This document shows, one piece after another, positions 10,807-19,380 of a stretch of 64,000 nt of DNA. The notes under the pieces are model-generated. The model did no database searches. It worked only from the letters and a program-made list of their open reading frames with translations, and was not told where the DNA came from. The translations under genes and the position numbers were made by a program. The DNA is from an uncultured Gammaproteobacteria bacterium (GTDB taxonomy: Bacteria > Patescibacteriota > Patescibacteriia > Magasanikbacterales > GWA2-37-8), in contig CAZXML010000002.1 in the NCBI GenBank assembly GCA_964641245.1, positions 10,548 to 74,547 on the forward strand, in the 5' to 3' direction. Position 1 is the first letter of the stretch, and every line of letters begins with the position of its first letter.

Positions 10807-10890
10807 ATTAACAATTAACAACTAACAATGAACAAACTAACACGGAACAGCGGGCAATTGTTAATTGCTAATTGTTAGTTGCTAGTTATT
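10807..10890. repeat. Inverted dyad of heptamer tandem repeats (TAACAAT)n...(ATTGTTA)n
   Basis: taacaattaacaactaacaatgaacaa...ttgttaattgctaattgttagttgctagtta; near-copy at 54798. Confidence 0.75.
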
Positions 10891-10899
10891 TATGAAGCC

Positions 10900-10929
10900 A
10901 TTTTACTATAAACACAGCTAAAATGTCAA
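10900..10929 (-). promoter_or_regulatory. Sigma70-type promoter for groES-groEL
   Basis: TTGACA-18-TAAAAT on the minus strand. Confidence 0.55.
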
Positions 10930-11010
10930 GCGTTCAGAACAGATCAATTTACTATAAAAAAACCGCCAACACAGTTGTGCTGGCGGACATATATACCGTC
11001 CGGCTTCATC

Positions 11011-11259
11011 CTACTTCTTCTTATAACCCCAGCCAAACAACACCAATCCGGCATTCTTCAAAGCCCGCATACGGGCGGGCAAATACGCGGGTAATGTTTC
11101 TACCAGTTCCACCAAAACCCAGCCGTTTCTGCCCATTTCTTCAAACTCTTGCTCATGTTCTGGCAGATCAGTGCTGTCAAAAAAGAATTCTTCACCATCT
11201 TTGGCCATTTTATAAATCCCCGGCCTGCCGGCATTAACGAGCAACTGGTTTTTTAACAT
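11011..11259 (-). CDS. Hypothetical protein
   Basis: 82-aa ORF co-oriented with neighbours, 13 bp after the upstream stop. Confidence 0.55.
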   Translation of the reverse strand: MLKNQLLVNAGRPGIYKMAKDGEEFFFDSTDLPEHEQEFEEMGRNGWVLVELVETLPAYLPARMRALKNAGLVLFGWGYKKK

Positions 11260-11272
11260 GGAGTTATACTAC

Positions 11273-12682
11273 TCAACTTTGCCTGTTTTGGTCAATAAAC
11301 CCAAGCCCAATAATAACCCACAAAAAAATTATTCCTGTGGACATACTGGCCAGCCAATGATCAAAAAGTCCGGCTACCAATAAAGCGGTTATTATGGGAA
11401 GAAATAAGAGATTGGTTTTATAGATTTTTATAAATAGATAAATGATAAATAATAAAAATAAAAATGCCGACAGAATACCAAACTCTACTATCGCTAACAA
11501 ATAAATATTATGAATCGGCTGATACTGCCAAGATGCCAACGTGGGATATTTTTTAAATGATGCGTAAGTATACGCGCCGGGGCCGATGCCAAAAATTGGA
11601 TTGGTTTGAATAAAAGACAGCGCCTCGGCGTACTGATCCTTTCTTTCGGAAATAGATTTTGCTTCCAGGCGGTTGTTTAGATTAAACCTGGCTGTAAATA
11701 CGGGATAAAAAATTATTAGCCAGAAAATAATTACCGCCAGAGCAAATAGGATTTGTTTGGTAAATTCTTTCAAGGCTGTCGTGGCATCGCGGCCTCCCTC
11801 CCCTTTTAGGGGAGGGGCGAGGGGTGGGGTATCCGTTCGGTTATCATTGTACGCCGAATACCCCTCTCTCTGTCTCTCCCCTAAAAGGGGAGAGAGCGAT
11901 TGATGATGGTGATGTTTAAAAAATATAATAGCAAACAGAGACGCCACGCCAACTGTCGCCGCCACCCACGCCCCGCGAGAAAAAGAAAGAAGCAATCCTG
12001 ATAAAATAAATAGCTGGCCCGCGCTGATTATTATTTTGCTCCGTCCCGATTCGGCTTTAAGATATAAAACCAAACCCAGCACAAATAAAACCGCCAAATA
12101 AATTCCCAACGAATTTGGCGAGCCAAAACTGCCATACGCCCGCAACCATCTTTGGTCGGCAAACTCTATTACGCTCGGACCCAAATTGTAAGCCTCCTGC
12201 CCGGCCATACCCAACCATTTGCTGGCCCAAACATTCTGATTTAAAAACTGCCAAATAGCCAGCACACCCTGCAAAATTCCACCCGCCCAAAGAGCAATTT
12301 GATATTTTGTCTTTTCATCCTGCCAAGCCAGAACGACCATTAAGGCCATTGCCTCCAGTAATTTAAAAATATAATTATACGAAACCCAAAAATTTTTACT
12401 TAACATCGTGGAAAAAAATACCGACATTAAAAACAGCATTAAAATTAAAATTGTTTGGTTCCTTTTTTCTTTTAGTCTTGTCCAAAAAGATTTATTAACA
12501 AAATGGTGGAAAAAAAACAAAAGTATAATCATCCACAGCAAAATTTCCGTACCATAAAGACTGGAGGTTCCGTACTCCCAAAATCCTTTATTTAATTCGC
12601 CGTATTGCCAAATATATCTGGTTTGCCATGGCAACAGAAACAGGAATAGCAACAATAACAAATTATATATTTTTTTCATCAT
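11273..12682 (-). CDS. O-antigen ligase family (Wzy_C) membrane protein, with in-frame family D insert
   Basis: RAYGSFGSPNSLG, LSFSRGAW, FGIGPG, PIHNIYL; multiple TM helices. Confidence 0.88.
   Translation of the reverse strand: MMKKIYNLLLLLFLFLLPWQTRYIWQYGELNKGFWEYGTSSLYGTEILLWMIILLFFFHHFVNKSFWTRLKEKRNQTILILMLFLMSVFFSTMLSKNFWVSYNYIFKLLEAMALMVVLAWQDEKTKYQIALWAGGILQGVLAIWQFLNQNVWASKWLGMAGQEAYNLGPSVIEFADQRWLRAYGSFGSPNSLGIYLAVLFVLGLVLYLKAESGRSKIIISAGQLFILSGLLLSFSRGAWVAATVGVASLFAIIFFKHHHHQSLSPLLGERQREGYSAYNDNRTDTPPLAPPLKGEGGRDATTALKEFTKQILFALAVIIFWLIIFYPVFTARFNLNNRLEAKSISERKDQYAEALSFIQTNPIFGIGPGAYTYASFKKYPTLASWQYQPIHNIYLLAIVEFGILSAFLFLLFIIYLFIKIYKTNLLFLPIITALLVAGLFDHWLASMSTGIIFLWVIIGLGFIDQNRQS
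11793..11895. repeat. Family D palindromic element, in frame
   Basis: Encodes SLSPLLGERQREG...PPLAPPLKGEG. Confidence 0.88.
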
Positions 12683-12689
12683 ACTCTTG

Positions 12690-12757
12690 TGTCATCCTGA
12701 ACTTGTTTCAGGATCTATTTTATTTTCTTGAGATGCTGAAACAAGTTCAGCATGACA
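12690..12757. repeat. Family A element forming the C-terminus and stop of the 12692..13738 gene
   Basis: Both arms match the 8659 copy; encodes CHAELVSAS...DPETSSG*. Confidence 0.93.
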
Positions 12758-13738
12758 GACCGCATCGCAAAGTTTTTTCCACTTCTCCAGATAGTCAATT
12801 CTGGCATCTTTTTCATGAAATTTTAAAACACCATCGGATATTACCACGCCCTTGTCTTCACCCTGATGAATCATATTACCGGAAGATTTTGCCGATTTTG
12901 CTTCGGCAAAATCGAGCATCCTCGATCTCGATGCGGATCGAGATCGGGACATTTTGGCCAATTGTATTTTTTTCGCCTGTGAGTTGATTAAGTCGCCATA
13001 ACTCCCCTCCCACATTTTTTCCCAAATTTTTTTCCACAATTTGCCAAACCGCGATTCGGGAATTTTTAATAAGTATGATGATGTTTGTTTTGGTTCCGCG
13101 TTAGGCAAATATGTTTTAGTCCACAGATTGACGTGTAAAAATTTAAGATAATAATCCTCCGGATCAAAAATCGGCAGCATCTGATTTAGCCAATAGGCAA
13201 AATGCACATCATCATCCGCTACCCGGAAATTTGCCAGATCCAGATTATAAACAGTCACATAAAAACTTAAACAAACTTTGTTTTTAATATGTTTCCCGGA
13301 GCGCCTTAACCGGAATAATTCCAATAAAAAAGTAACCAGCAAACGGGTAATCCAAATTCTGTTTTTTTCCGTGACAATAAAAAAATCAATATCGCTGTCT
13401 TCGTTGGCCTGTTCCGCGCCGGTGGAGTTGCATACAAAAACAGCCCGCAAAAACGGGACTGACTTAATAATTTTGGCCGCCCGGCGGGCGATCTTTAATT
13501 TTTGTTCCGAGATTAAAAGTTTACGCCGGCGTTCCTCCACAATTGCCTCGCGTCCGGGCAAAAAATAATAACCGTATTTAGAATTTAAATTTAAAGCCGG
13601 AAGAGTGTTTAAAAATTCCGAATAACCGATTGCAGGGGGTAACCAGAGCCATGAAAATAATTCCTCTTTGATTAAAGGATAATCCGCCAAATCAAAATAC
13701 GCCAGGGTTTTGATTATTGAATCGCGAAGTAATTGCAT
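12692..13738 (-). CDS. Conserved protein with nucleotidyltransferase-like motif
   Basis: VPFLRAVFVCNS...DSDIDFFIV. Confidence 0.75.
   Translation of the reverse strand: MQLLRDSIIKTLAYFDLADYPLIKEELFSWLWLPPAIGYSEFLNTLPALNLNSKYGYYFLPGREAIVEERRRKLLISEQKLKIARRAAKIIKSVPFLRAVFVCNSTGAEQANEDSDIDFFIVTEKNRIWITRLLVTFLLELFRLRRSGKHIKNKVCLSFYVTVYNLDLANFRVADDDVHFAYWLNQMLPIFDPEDYYLKFLHVNLWTKTYLPNAEPKQTSSYLLKIPESRFGKLWKKIWEKMWEGSYGDLINSQAKKIQLAKMSRSRSASRSRMLDFAEAKSAKSSGNMIHQGEDKGVVISDGVLKFHEKDARIDYLEKWKKLCDAVCHAELVSASQENKIDPETSSG
12891..12951 (-). repeat. Family E double-hairpin element, in frame
   Basis: Reverse complement tgtcccgat[hairpin]atcgaggatgctcgattttgc..gcaaaatcggc matches the 27989 copy. Confidence 0.85.
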
Positions 13739-13742
13739 AGCT

Positions 13743-13997
13743 TTATTCTGAAGCCGCCTCGCCTATCGCCTCCATTTTAAGCGCGCTGTCATACACGACC
13801 AGACGGTCGCTTTTAATTTCCTTAACCTGCGCGTTCGCAATTAAAAAAGTTTTTGCGCTAAAAATATTTGGCCTGACCAAATAACGCATTACGGTTTGTG
13901 AAGATACATCCAGTTCCAAATCAAAAACACGCCCCAGTTTTATTTCCGATTCTGTATAAACCGGCAGGCGTAATAGCTGTTGCAGATTGATGAGCAT
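13743..13997 (-). CDS. PRC-barrel domain protein
   Basis: LPVYTESEIKLGRVFDLELD pattern. Confidence 0.8.
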   Translation of the reverse strand: MLINLQQLLRLPVYTESEIKLGRVFDLELDVSSQTVMRYLVRPNIFSAKTFLIANAQVKEIKSDRLVVYDSALKMEAIGEAASE

Positions 13998-14030
13998 ACT
14001 TCCCTACTTAATGACTTCGCCTTCAATATT

Positions 14031-14094
14031 CGAAATGAGTGAGAGGATTAAATTAAATGTTTTTAATTTAATTCCGAGCGAACGAGAATATATG
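14031..14094 (+). repeat. Family G element
   Basis: cgaaatgagtgag-gga[hairpin]ttccgagcgaacgagaatatatg; flanks nearly the same as the 28134 copy. Confidence 0.75.
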
Positions 14095-14100
14095 GTTTAC

Positions 14101-14835
14101 CTATACTATATTACCATTAATCTTGGGTTTTTTGAACTGCCACATCTGTTGCAGAACCATAAGCAGAGTACTGAAGAACCAATATAAGGTAAGGCCTGCC
14201 GGAAGACTAAAACCAATCACAACTGTCATTACCGGCATAAAATAAAGCATTTGTTTGTTCATCATGGACATCATGGCTTCATCTTTGCCTCCCGCGCCCG
14301 CTTCCTTGGGCGGATTTTTCCGGCTTAGAGTTTTGGCTTGAAAATATTGAGCGGCGCCGGCTAAAACGGCCAGCACATAATTTGGTTTGGCCATATTAAA
14401 GACGGACAAAGAAATTTGGTTGATGGCGCCCGGATTACTGACGAATGTATATAGAGAAGTCGCCAGATCCTTTGAAGCCAGGCCATCCTGCAAAACCATA
14501 TACAACGCGATTAAAATAGGCAATTGGACAAGCATCGGCAAACAGGAGGTAATCGGGTTTACTTTATTTGTTTTGTATAATTCCATTATAGCCTGGGTCT
14601 GTTTTTGTTTGTCCGCCGCAAATTCTTTTTTTATAGCTTCCATTTTTGGCTGTAACTCTTGCATGGAGCGCTGTGCTTTTATGGATGAGCCGGTGAGCGG
14701 ATATAACACCAGGCGCACCAAAATGGTAATAGCCAAAATTACCAGCCCCACATCATGGCCCGGAATAAAATTATACAAGAAGACAAAAATGTTAAATATC
14801 GGCAGATACAAAATAGTATGGAAGAGAGCAAACAT
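14101..14835 (-). CDS. yidC: Membrane protein insertase YidC/Oxa1
   Basis: VRLVLYPL, LQPKM, SCLPMLVQLPI, GLTLYW. Confidence 0.95.
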   Translation of the reverse strand: MFALFHTILYLPIFNIFVFLYNFIPGHDVGLVILAITILVRLVLYPLTGSSIKAQRSMQELQPKMEAIKKEFAADKQKQTQAIMELYKTNKVNPITSCLPMLVQLPILIALYMVLQDGLASKDLATSLYTFVSNPGAINQISLSVFNMAKPNYVLAVLAGAAQYFQAKTLSRKNPPKEAGAGGKDEAMMSMMNKQMLYFMPVMTVVIGFSLPAGLTLYWFFSTLLMVLQQMWQFKKPKINGNIV

Positions 14836-14861
14836 AAACGTGAAATTTTTAATTTTTAACC

Positions 14862-14941
14862 TGTCATGCTGAATTTATTTCAGCATCTCTGTTGGTGTGT
14901 ATTTAATTGAACGAAGATCCTGAAACAAGTTCAGGATGACA
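14862..14941. repeat. Family A element (nusA-yidC intergenic)
   Basis: tgtcatgctgaatttatttcagcatct...agatcctgaaacaagttcaggatgaca. Confidence 0.92.
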
Positions 14942-14946
14942 GATGA

Positions 14947-16161
14947 TTACTCCTCTTTTTTTTCCTCTTCTTCAACTATCGTTTCAGTTTCAGGTTTTAC
15001 CTCGTCGCTAGATAAAACTTGTTTTCCACCTTGTTCTACCACGTTTATTTTCCAGCCGGTAAGCTGGGCTGCCAAACGCACGTTCTGTCCGTTGCGGCCG
15101 ATGGCTAAAGAAAATTGATCCGGACCAACGCTGACTTCGGCCACTTTGTTTGCTTCATCTAATTTGACACCCAAAACTTTGGCTGGTGATAAAGCGTGAG
15201 AAATATATTCTCTGGCGTCTTCACTAAACTGAATAATATCAATTTTTTCTCCGCCTAATTCTTCTATGATAGTATTTATACGGCTGCCTTTTTGGCCAAT
15301 GCAGGAACCAATCGGATCTATGGCTTCATCGGCGGTAAATACCGCCACTTTGGAACGGAAACCAGGTTCGCGGGCAATGCCTTTTATTTCAATTAAGCCG
15401 TCGTTAATTTCCGGAATTTCCTGCTTGAAAACTTCACGGACCATACCTACATCACTGCGTGATAAAAGTATTTCCGGACCGCGCGGAGACATTTGCACAG
15501 CTAGCAATAAAAACTTCATGCGGGCGCCGGGGCGATAATGGTCGCGGCTGTTTTGCTGATCGGCCAATAATATGCCGGTGACTTTTCCAAAGTCCACCAA
15601 CACTTTGCGGGCTTCCGCGCGCTGAATAGTGCCCATCATTAATTGTCCTTCTTGTCCTTTGAAGTCGTTGAAAACAATACCTCGTTCGGCTTCGCGGATT
15701 TTTTGAATAATAACCTGCTTGGCGGTTTGCGCGGCCATGCGGCCAAATTCGCTGGGGATGTCCAAAGGAATTTCCATTACCTCGCCCGCTTTAACTTTCT
15801 TATCAATCTCTTTGGCGGAACTGATCATCAATTCCAATTTTGGATTAAAATGAGGCAAATCAGCCGTTTCTTCTTCGGTTAATTCACGTCCTTCTTCCTT
15901 GGCTTTTTCACGTCTCTTGGTCATCTCTTCCTGGGCCGCTTCCAGATCTTCCTCGGCAATATCTTTCACCACGGTTTTAATATCCCAGGCTTTCATATCG
16001 CCGGTTTCCGGAGAAAACTTTACCTTAATATTTTGCTGTTTGTTGCCAAAATCCTTGCGGTAAGCGGCAGCCAAAGCAAATTCAATCGCTTCCATTACGG
16101 ATTCGTAGGGAAGATTTTTTTCGTCGCACAGAAATTGTATTGCTTTTGTAATTTCGGACAT
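14947..16161 (-). CDS. nusA: Transcription factor NusA
   Basis: FGRMAAQTAKQV, AREPGFRSK, SLAIGRNGQNVRLA. Confidence 0.98.
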   Translation of the reverse strand: MSEITKAIQFLCDEKNLPYESVMEAIEFALAAAYRKDFGNKQQNIKVKFSPETGDMKAWDIKTVVKDIAEEDLEAAQEEMTKRREKAKEEGRELTEEETADLPHFNPKLELMISSAKEIDKKVKAGEVMEIPLDIPSEFGRMAAQTAKQVIIQKIREAERGIVFNDFKGQEGQLMMGTIQRAEARKVLVDFGKVTGILLADQQNSRDHYRPGARMKFLLLAVQMSPRGPEILLSRSDVGMVREVFKQEIPEINDGLIEIKGIAREPGFRSKVAVFTADEAIDPIGSCIGQKGSRINTIIEELGGEKIDIIQFSEDAREYISHALSPAKVLGVKLDEANKVAEVSVGPDQFSLAIGRNGQNVRLAAQLTGWKINVVEQGGKQVLSSDEVKPETETIVEEEEKKEE

Positions 16162-16169
16162 ATGTTTTT

Positions 16170-16247
16170 TGTCATCCTGAACGTAGTGAAGGATATCTGT
16201 CTTAATCGCCGAACGGACAGAGATTCTTCGCTTTGCTCAGAATGACA
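16170..16247. repeat. Family B element upstream of nusA
   Basis: tgtcatcctgaacgtagtgaagga...gagattcttcgctttgctcagaatgaca. Confidence 0.9.
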
Positions 16248-16309
16248 GTTAAAAAAATTAGTTAAAAAAAAGCAGCTTCATTATTGAAGCGCTTTACATC
16301 AATAGAATA

Positions 16310-17179
16310 TCATAAACCCCCATAATTGTCAACAGGCAGTATTATATCACCTTTCTCTTCGGTTATCAAAATCTCCGCCCCAACTCTTTCCAGTTTCTTT
16401 AATACGCGTAACGATGGATGGCCGTATTTATTTTTGCCGACCGATATAATCGCTGTTTTGGGATTAACAAAATTTAAAAAATCTTCGCCCGAGGAAGTAT
16501 CGCTACCATGATGGCCGACTTTAAAAATGTTTGATTGCAATGCCGGACAGCCGGTAGAAGTGGTTGAACAATATTTTTGTACAAGCGCTTTTTCCAACGG
16601 CTCTTCAATATCAGCGGTGAACAAAAAACTTGTTCGATCGTTTATTAGTTTAAAAACTATAGAATAATTATTACTATCATCCGCTCCAACATCTAAAGCC
16701 AAGGTGTCGTCGGGAGATAAAAATTCCAAGGTGGAACTAGCAATTATCCAAACTTGCGGACTATCCACAATCTTTACAATCGCGCCTTCATCTTTTACCG
16801 CTTCGTCCCAAACGCGCCAGTAGGGATCATTTTGTTTTTTGCGGCCATTGATAATAATTTCTTTAACGTTGTAGTTTTTTAATACGTCCACACAGCCGCC
16901 ATAATGATCTAAGTCCGGATGCGTGGCCAACAAATAATCTATGGTACGGTCATAAAAGGGCAGGGTCCGCCCTAGCTTGGACAGAATTTTTTTATCCACG
17001 CCGCAATCCACCAGCATTTTTTTGCCGTCATTAAATTGGATTAGAGCCGCGTCGCCTTGGCCGACGTTAAAAAACGTTACCTGAAAATGATTTTGGGAAT
17101 TATTTAATTTGGTGTATAAAAAAAGACCGCCGATTACGGCTATTAAAACTAAAATTATAATAATGTGCTTTTTACGCAT
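16310..17179 (-). CDS. ComEC-type metallo-beta-lactamase fold protein
   Basis: NVGQGDA, THPDLDH, KVGHHGS, YGHP. Confidence 0.9.
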   Translation of the reverse strand: MRKKHIIIILVLIAVIGGLFLYTKLNNSQNHFQVTFFNVGQGDAALIQFNDGKKMLVDCGVDKKILSKLGRTLPFYDRTIDYLLATHPDLDHYGGCVDVLKNYNVKEIIINGRKKQNDPYWRVWDEAVKDEGAIVKIVDSPQVWIIASSTLEFLSPDDTLALDVGADDSNNYSIVFKLINDRTSFLFTADIEEPLEKALVQKYCSTTSTGCPALQSNIFKVGHHGSDTSSGEDFLNFVNPKTAIISVGKNKYGHPSLRVLKKLERVGAEILITEEKGDIILPVDNYGGL

Positions 17180-17183
17180 AAAA

Positions 17184-17786
17184 CTATTTTCTCGCCACCA
17201 AAATCTGATTCACCCATACATCCCCTTCTTTTATAAAAACCTCCTCTACCGTAAACGCCAACGACTCCAAAATCTCTTTAATTTTTTCCGGCCGGTGATA
17301 AAAAGATTCTATGATTATTTTTCCCGTTTTTGTTTTTACTTGCGGCGGATCTTTTTGATTTATATTGGTTACCGCTAAAATGCCTCCGTCTTTTAACACT
17401 CTATACGCTTCATCAAAAAATCTGGTTGGGTCTTTAAGATGCACAATCAAAAACGCGGCCGTCACAATATCAAATGTTTCCTTTTCAAACGGCAGACTTT
17501 CGGCATCTCCCACTACGGTAATAATTTTTGAATTCTTCTTTTTTAATAGCTCCAACATTTTGGGCGAAACATCCAAAGCGATAACATGCGCGCCTCTATT
17601 TGCCAAAGGCAAAGACAGACGGCCGGTGCCGGCCCCAACATCCAAAACTTTTTTATCAGCCAGAGCGCCAAGCAAAGGAATAAGCTCGCCTTGTTCAAAA
17701 CTGTTTAAATAATTTTCATTTTCATCATACACATCAACGGCTAAATTATAGCCGGCTTCAGATGAAAAAACTTTAATCTTTTTCAT
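17184..17786 (-). CDS. Class I SAM-dependent methyltransferase
   Basis: VLDVGAGTG, GDAESLPF, RVLKDGG. Confidence 0.9.
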   Translation of the reverse strand: MKKIKVFSSEAGYNLAVDVYDENENYLNSFEQGELIPLLGALADKKVLDVGAGTGRLSLPLANRGAHVIALDVSPKMLELLKKKNSKIITVVGDAESLPFEKETFDIVTAAFLIVHLKDPTRFFDEAYRVLKDGGILAVTNINQKDPPQVKTKTGKIIIESFYHRPEKIKEILESLAFTVEEVFIKEGDVWVNQILVARK

Positions 17787-17797
17787 ACTTTTAATAT

Positions 17798-17867
17798 TGT
17801 CATCCTGAATTTATTTCAGGATCTGCTTGTTATTTGTTATAGATGCTGAAACAAGTTCAGCATGACA
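17798..17867. repeat. Family A element providing the comEC stop, with an adjacent family C half-arm at 17883-17898
   Basis: tgtcatcctgaatttatttcaggatct...agatgctgaaacaagttcagcatgaca; gctcctcgcaatgaca. Confidence 0.9.
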
Positions 17868-19376
17868 GTGTTCCTTATGCCTGCTCCTCGCAATGACAAA
17901 AACCAATAACAGATACATTCCCAACATCGCCCAAAATGGTATCTGCAGATTAACCGCGCTCCAATTTTTATTTCCAAACCAATCCACGATAATTATAACA
18001 TAGTTTAAACCCAAACCCGCCACCCAGGCAATTGCCTGCCCCAAAGGAAAAAATATAAAACTAAAAATTAAGGATATAAAACCAAACAGCATTAGCCACG
18101 GCACCAGCCATAAAATTAAAATATTAACCAACGGAGCCACAACGGAAAACCTTTCAAATTGATATATTACAAGCGGCATGGTGGCAATGATGGCCGAAAT
18201 TGTGGTGATAAAAACCTGAATCGTGGCCACTAAAATTGGACTTTCCGGTTTTAATTTTTTATCAACAAGGCTCTGAATAACCGGCGAAAGATAAACCAAT
18301 CCCAATGTGGACAAAAATGAAAGCTGGAATCCGGCATCCCAAACCAGTAAATAAGGATTAAGCAAAAGCATAATTACCGCCGCATATATCAACACCCTGC
18401 CTATTGCGGATAACCTACCTGTGTGCTGGGAAATCAGAATAATTACAGCCATTACCCCCGCCCGCACCACCGAGGCCGTGGCGCCGGTAAAAAATACAAA
18501 GGACAAAATTAAAAATATTAAAAACCAAAAGGACTGGCGGCGAAAAAATCCCAGATAAATTAAAATAATATTTAACGCCACCGCCAAAATACTGACATTG
18601 TACCCGGACACCGCCATAATATGGCTGATTCCGGTACGGCTAAAATTATCCACCAACTCCTGCGGCAAACCGCTGCGGCTGCCATAGAGCAAGCCGGCCA
18701 TTAAACTGCTGTACGGTTCCGGCCACAAACGGGCCATCCGCGATTTTATATTATTTTTTAATTGCAACATGATTTTTATAAAAATATTACCATCATTTTC
18801 CCCCAATGAATTTATGGTTGGATTGCCGCAGACCGACCATACTCCCTGTTTGGCCAAGTATTTTTTATAATTAAAATTGGAATCGGCGAAATTTTCCGGC
18901 TCCAGCAAAGAACAGGTTATTGCCAATTTTTCTCCGTAAGCATATTCCGGATAAATTCTGGTTTTTATAATTACTTTACCGGCAATTTGTTTGCCTTCTT
19001 CTAAACCGGTCACACTCACAATATACCGCGCGTCACTTACGCCAATATCCGGCTCCGCTGAAACCCAGCCTTGCAAAGTTACTTTTTGTCCGTTATAAAA
19101 TTCTATTCTTGATGAATTGTGATTGGGAATACTAATAAAAAATCTCAATCCGCCGAAAATAAAAAATAACAAACATAACAAAAAAAATTTATATAACTTA
19201 TTGTCCCAAAAAATGATTATTAAAAATAAAAAGATAAATGACAGGAGATAAACAGATAACGCCAATTTGCCGTTCGCGACAAAAGAAAACGCGCTAACGC
19301 CGGCAATAAAACAAAAACAAAACGCGATAAACGTTTTGCTTTTTGAATTTATTATTTTGGCTAGCGCCTCCGGCAT
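17811..19376 (-). CDS. comEC: Competence protein ComEC/Rec2 membrane channel
   Basis: TGISHIMAVSGYNV, SVVRAGVM, DAGFQLSF. Confidence 0.92.
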   Translation of the reverse strand: MPEALAKIINSKSKTFIAFCFCFIAGVSAFSFVANGKLALSVYLLSFIFLFLIIIFWDNKLYKFFLLCLLFFIFGGLRFFISIPNHNSSRIEFYNGQKVTLQGWVSAEPDIGVSDARYIVSVTGLEEGKQIAGKVIIKTRIYPEYAYGEKLAITCSLLEPENFADSNFNYKKYLAKQGVWSVCGNPTINSLGENDGNIFIKIMLQLKNNIKSRMARLWPEPYSSLMAGLLYGSRSGLPQELVDNFSRTGISHIMAVSGYNVSILAVALNIILIYLGFFRRQSFWFLIFLILSFVFFTGATASVVRAGVMAVIILISQHTGRLSAIGRVLIYAAVIMLLLNPYLLVWDAGFQLSFLSTLGLVYLSPVIQSLVDKKLKPESPILVATIQVFITTISAIIATMPLVIYQFERFSVVAPLVNILILWLVPWLMLFGFISLIFSFIFFPLGQAIAWVAGLGLNYVIIIVDWFGNKNWSAVNLQIPFWAMLGMYLLLVFVIARSRHKEHCHAELVSASITNNKQILK

Positions 19377-19380
19377 AATT

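Noticed and set aside
10815-10930. CIRCE operator upstream of groES
   Set aside because: No TTAGCACTC-N9-GAGTGCTAA; the inverted sequence there is the heptamer dyad.
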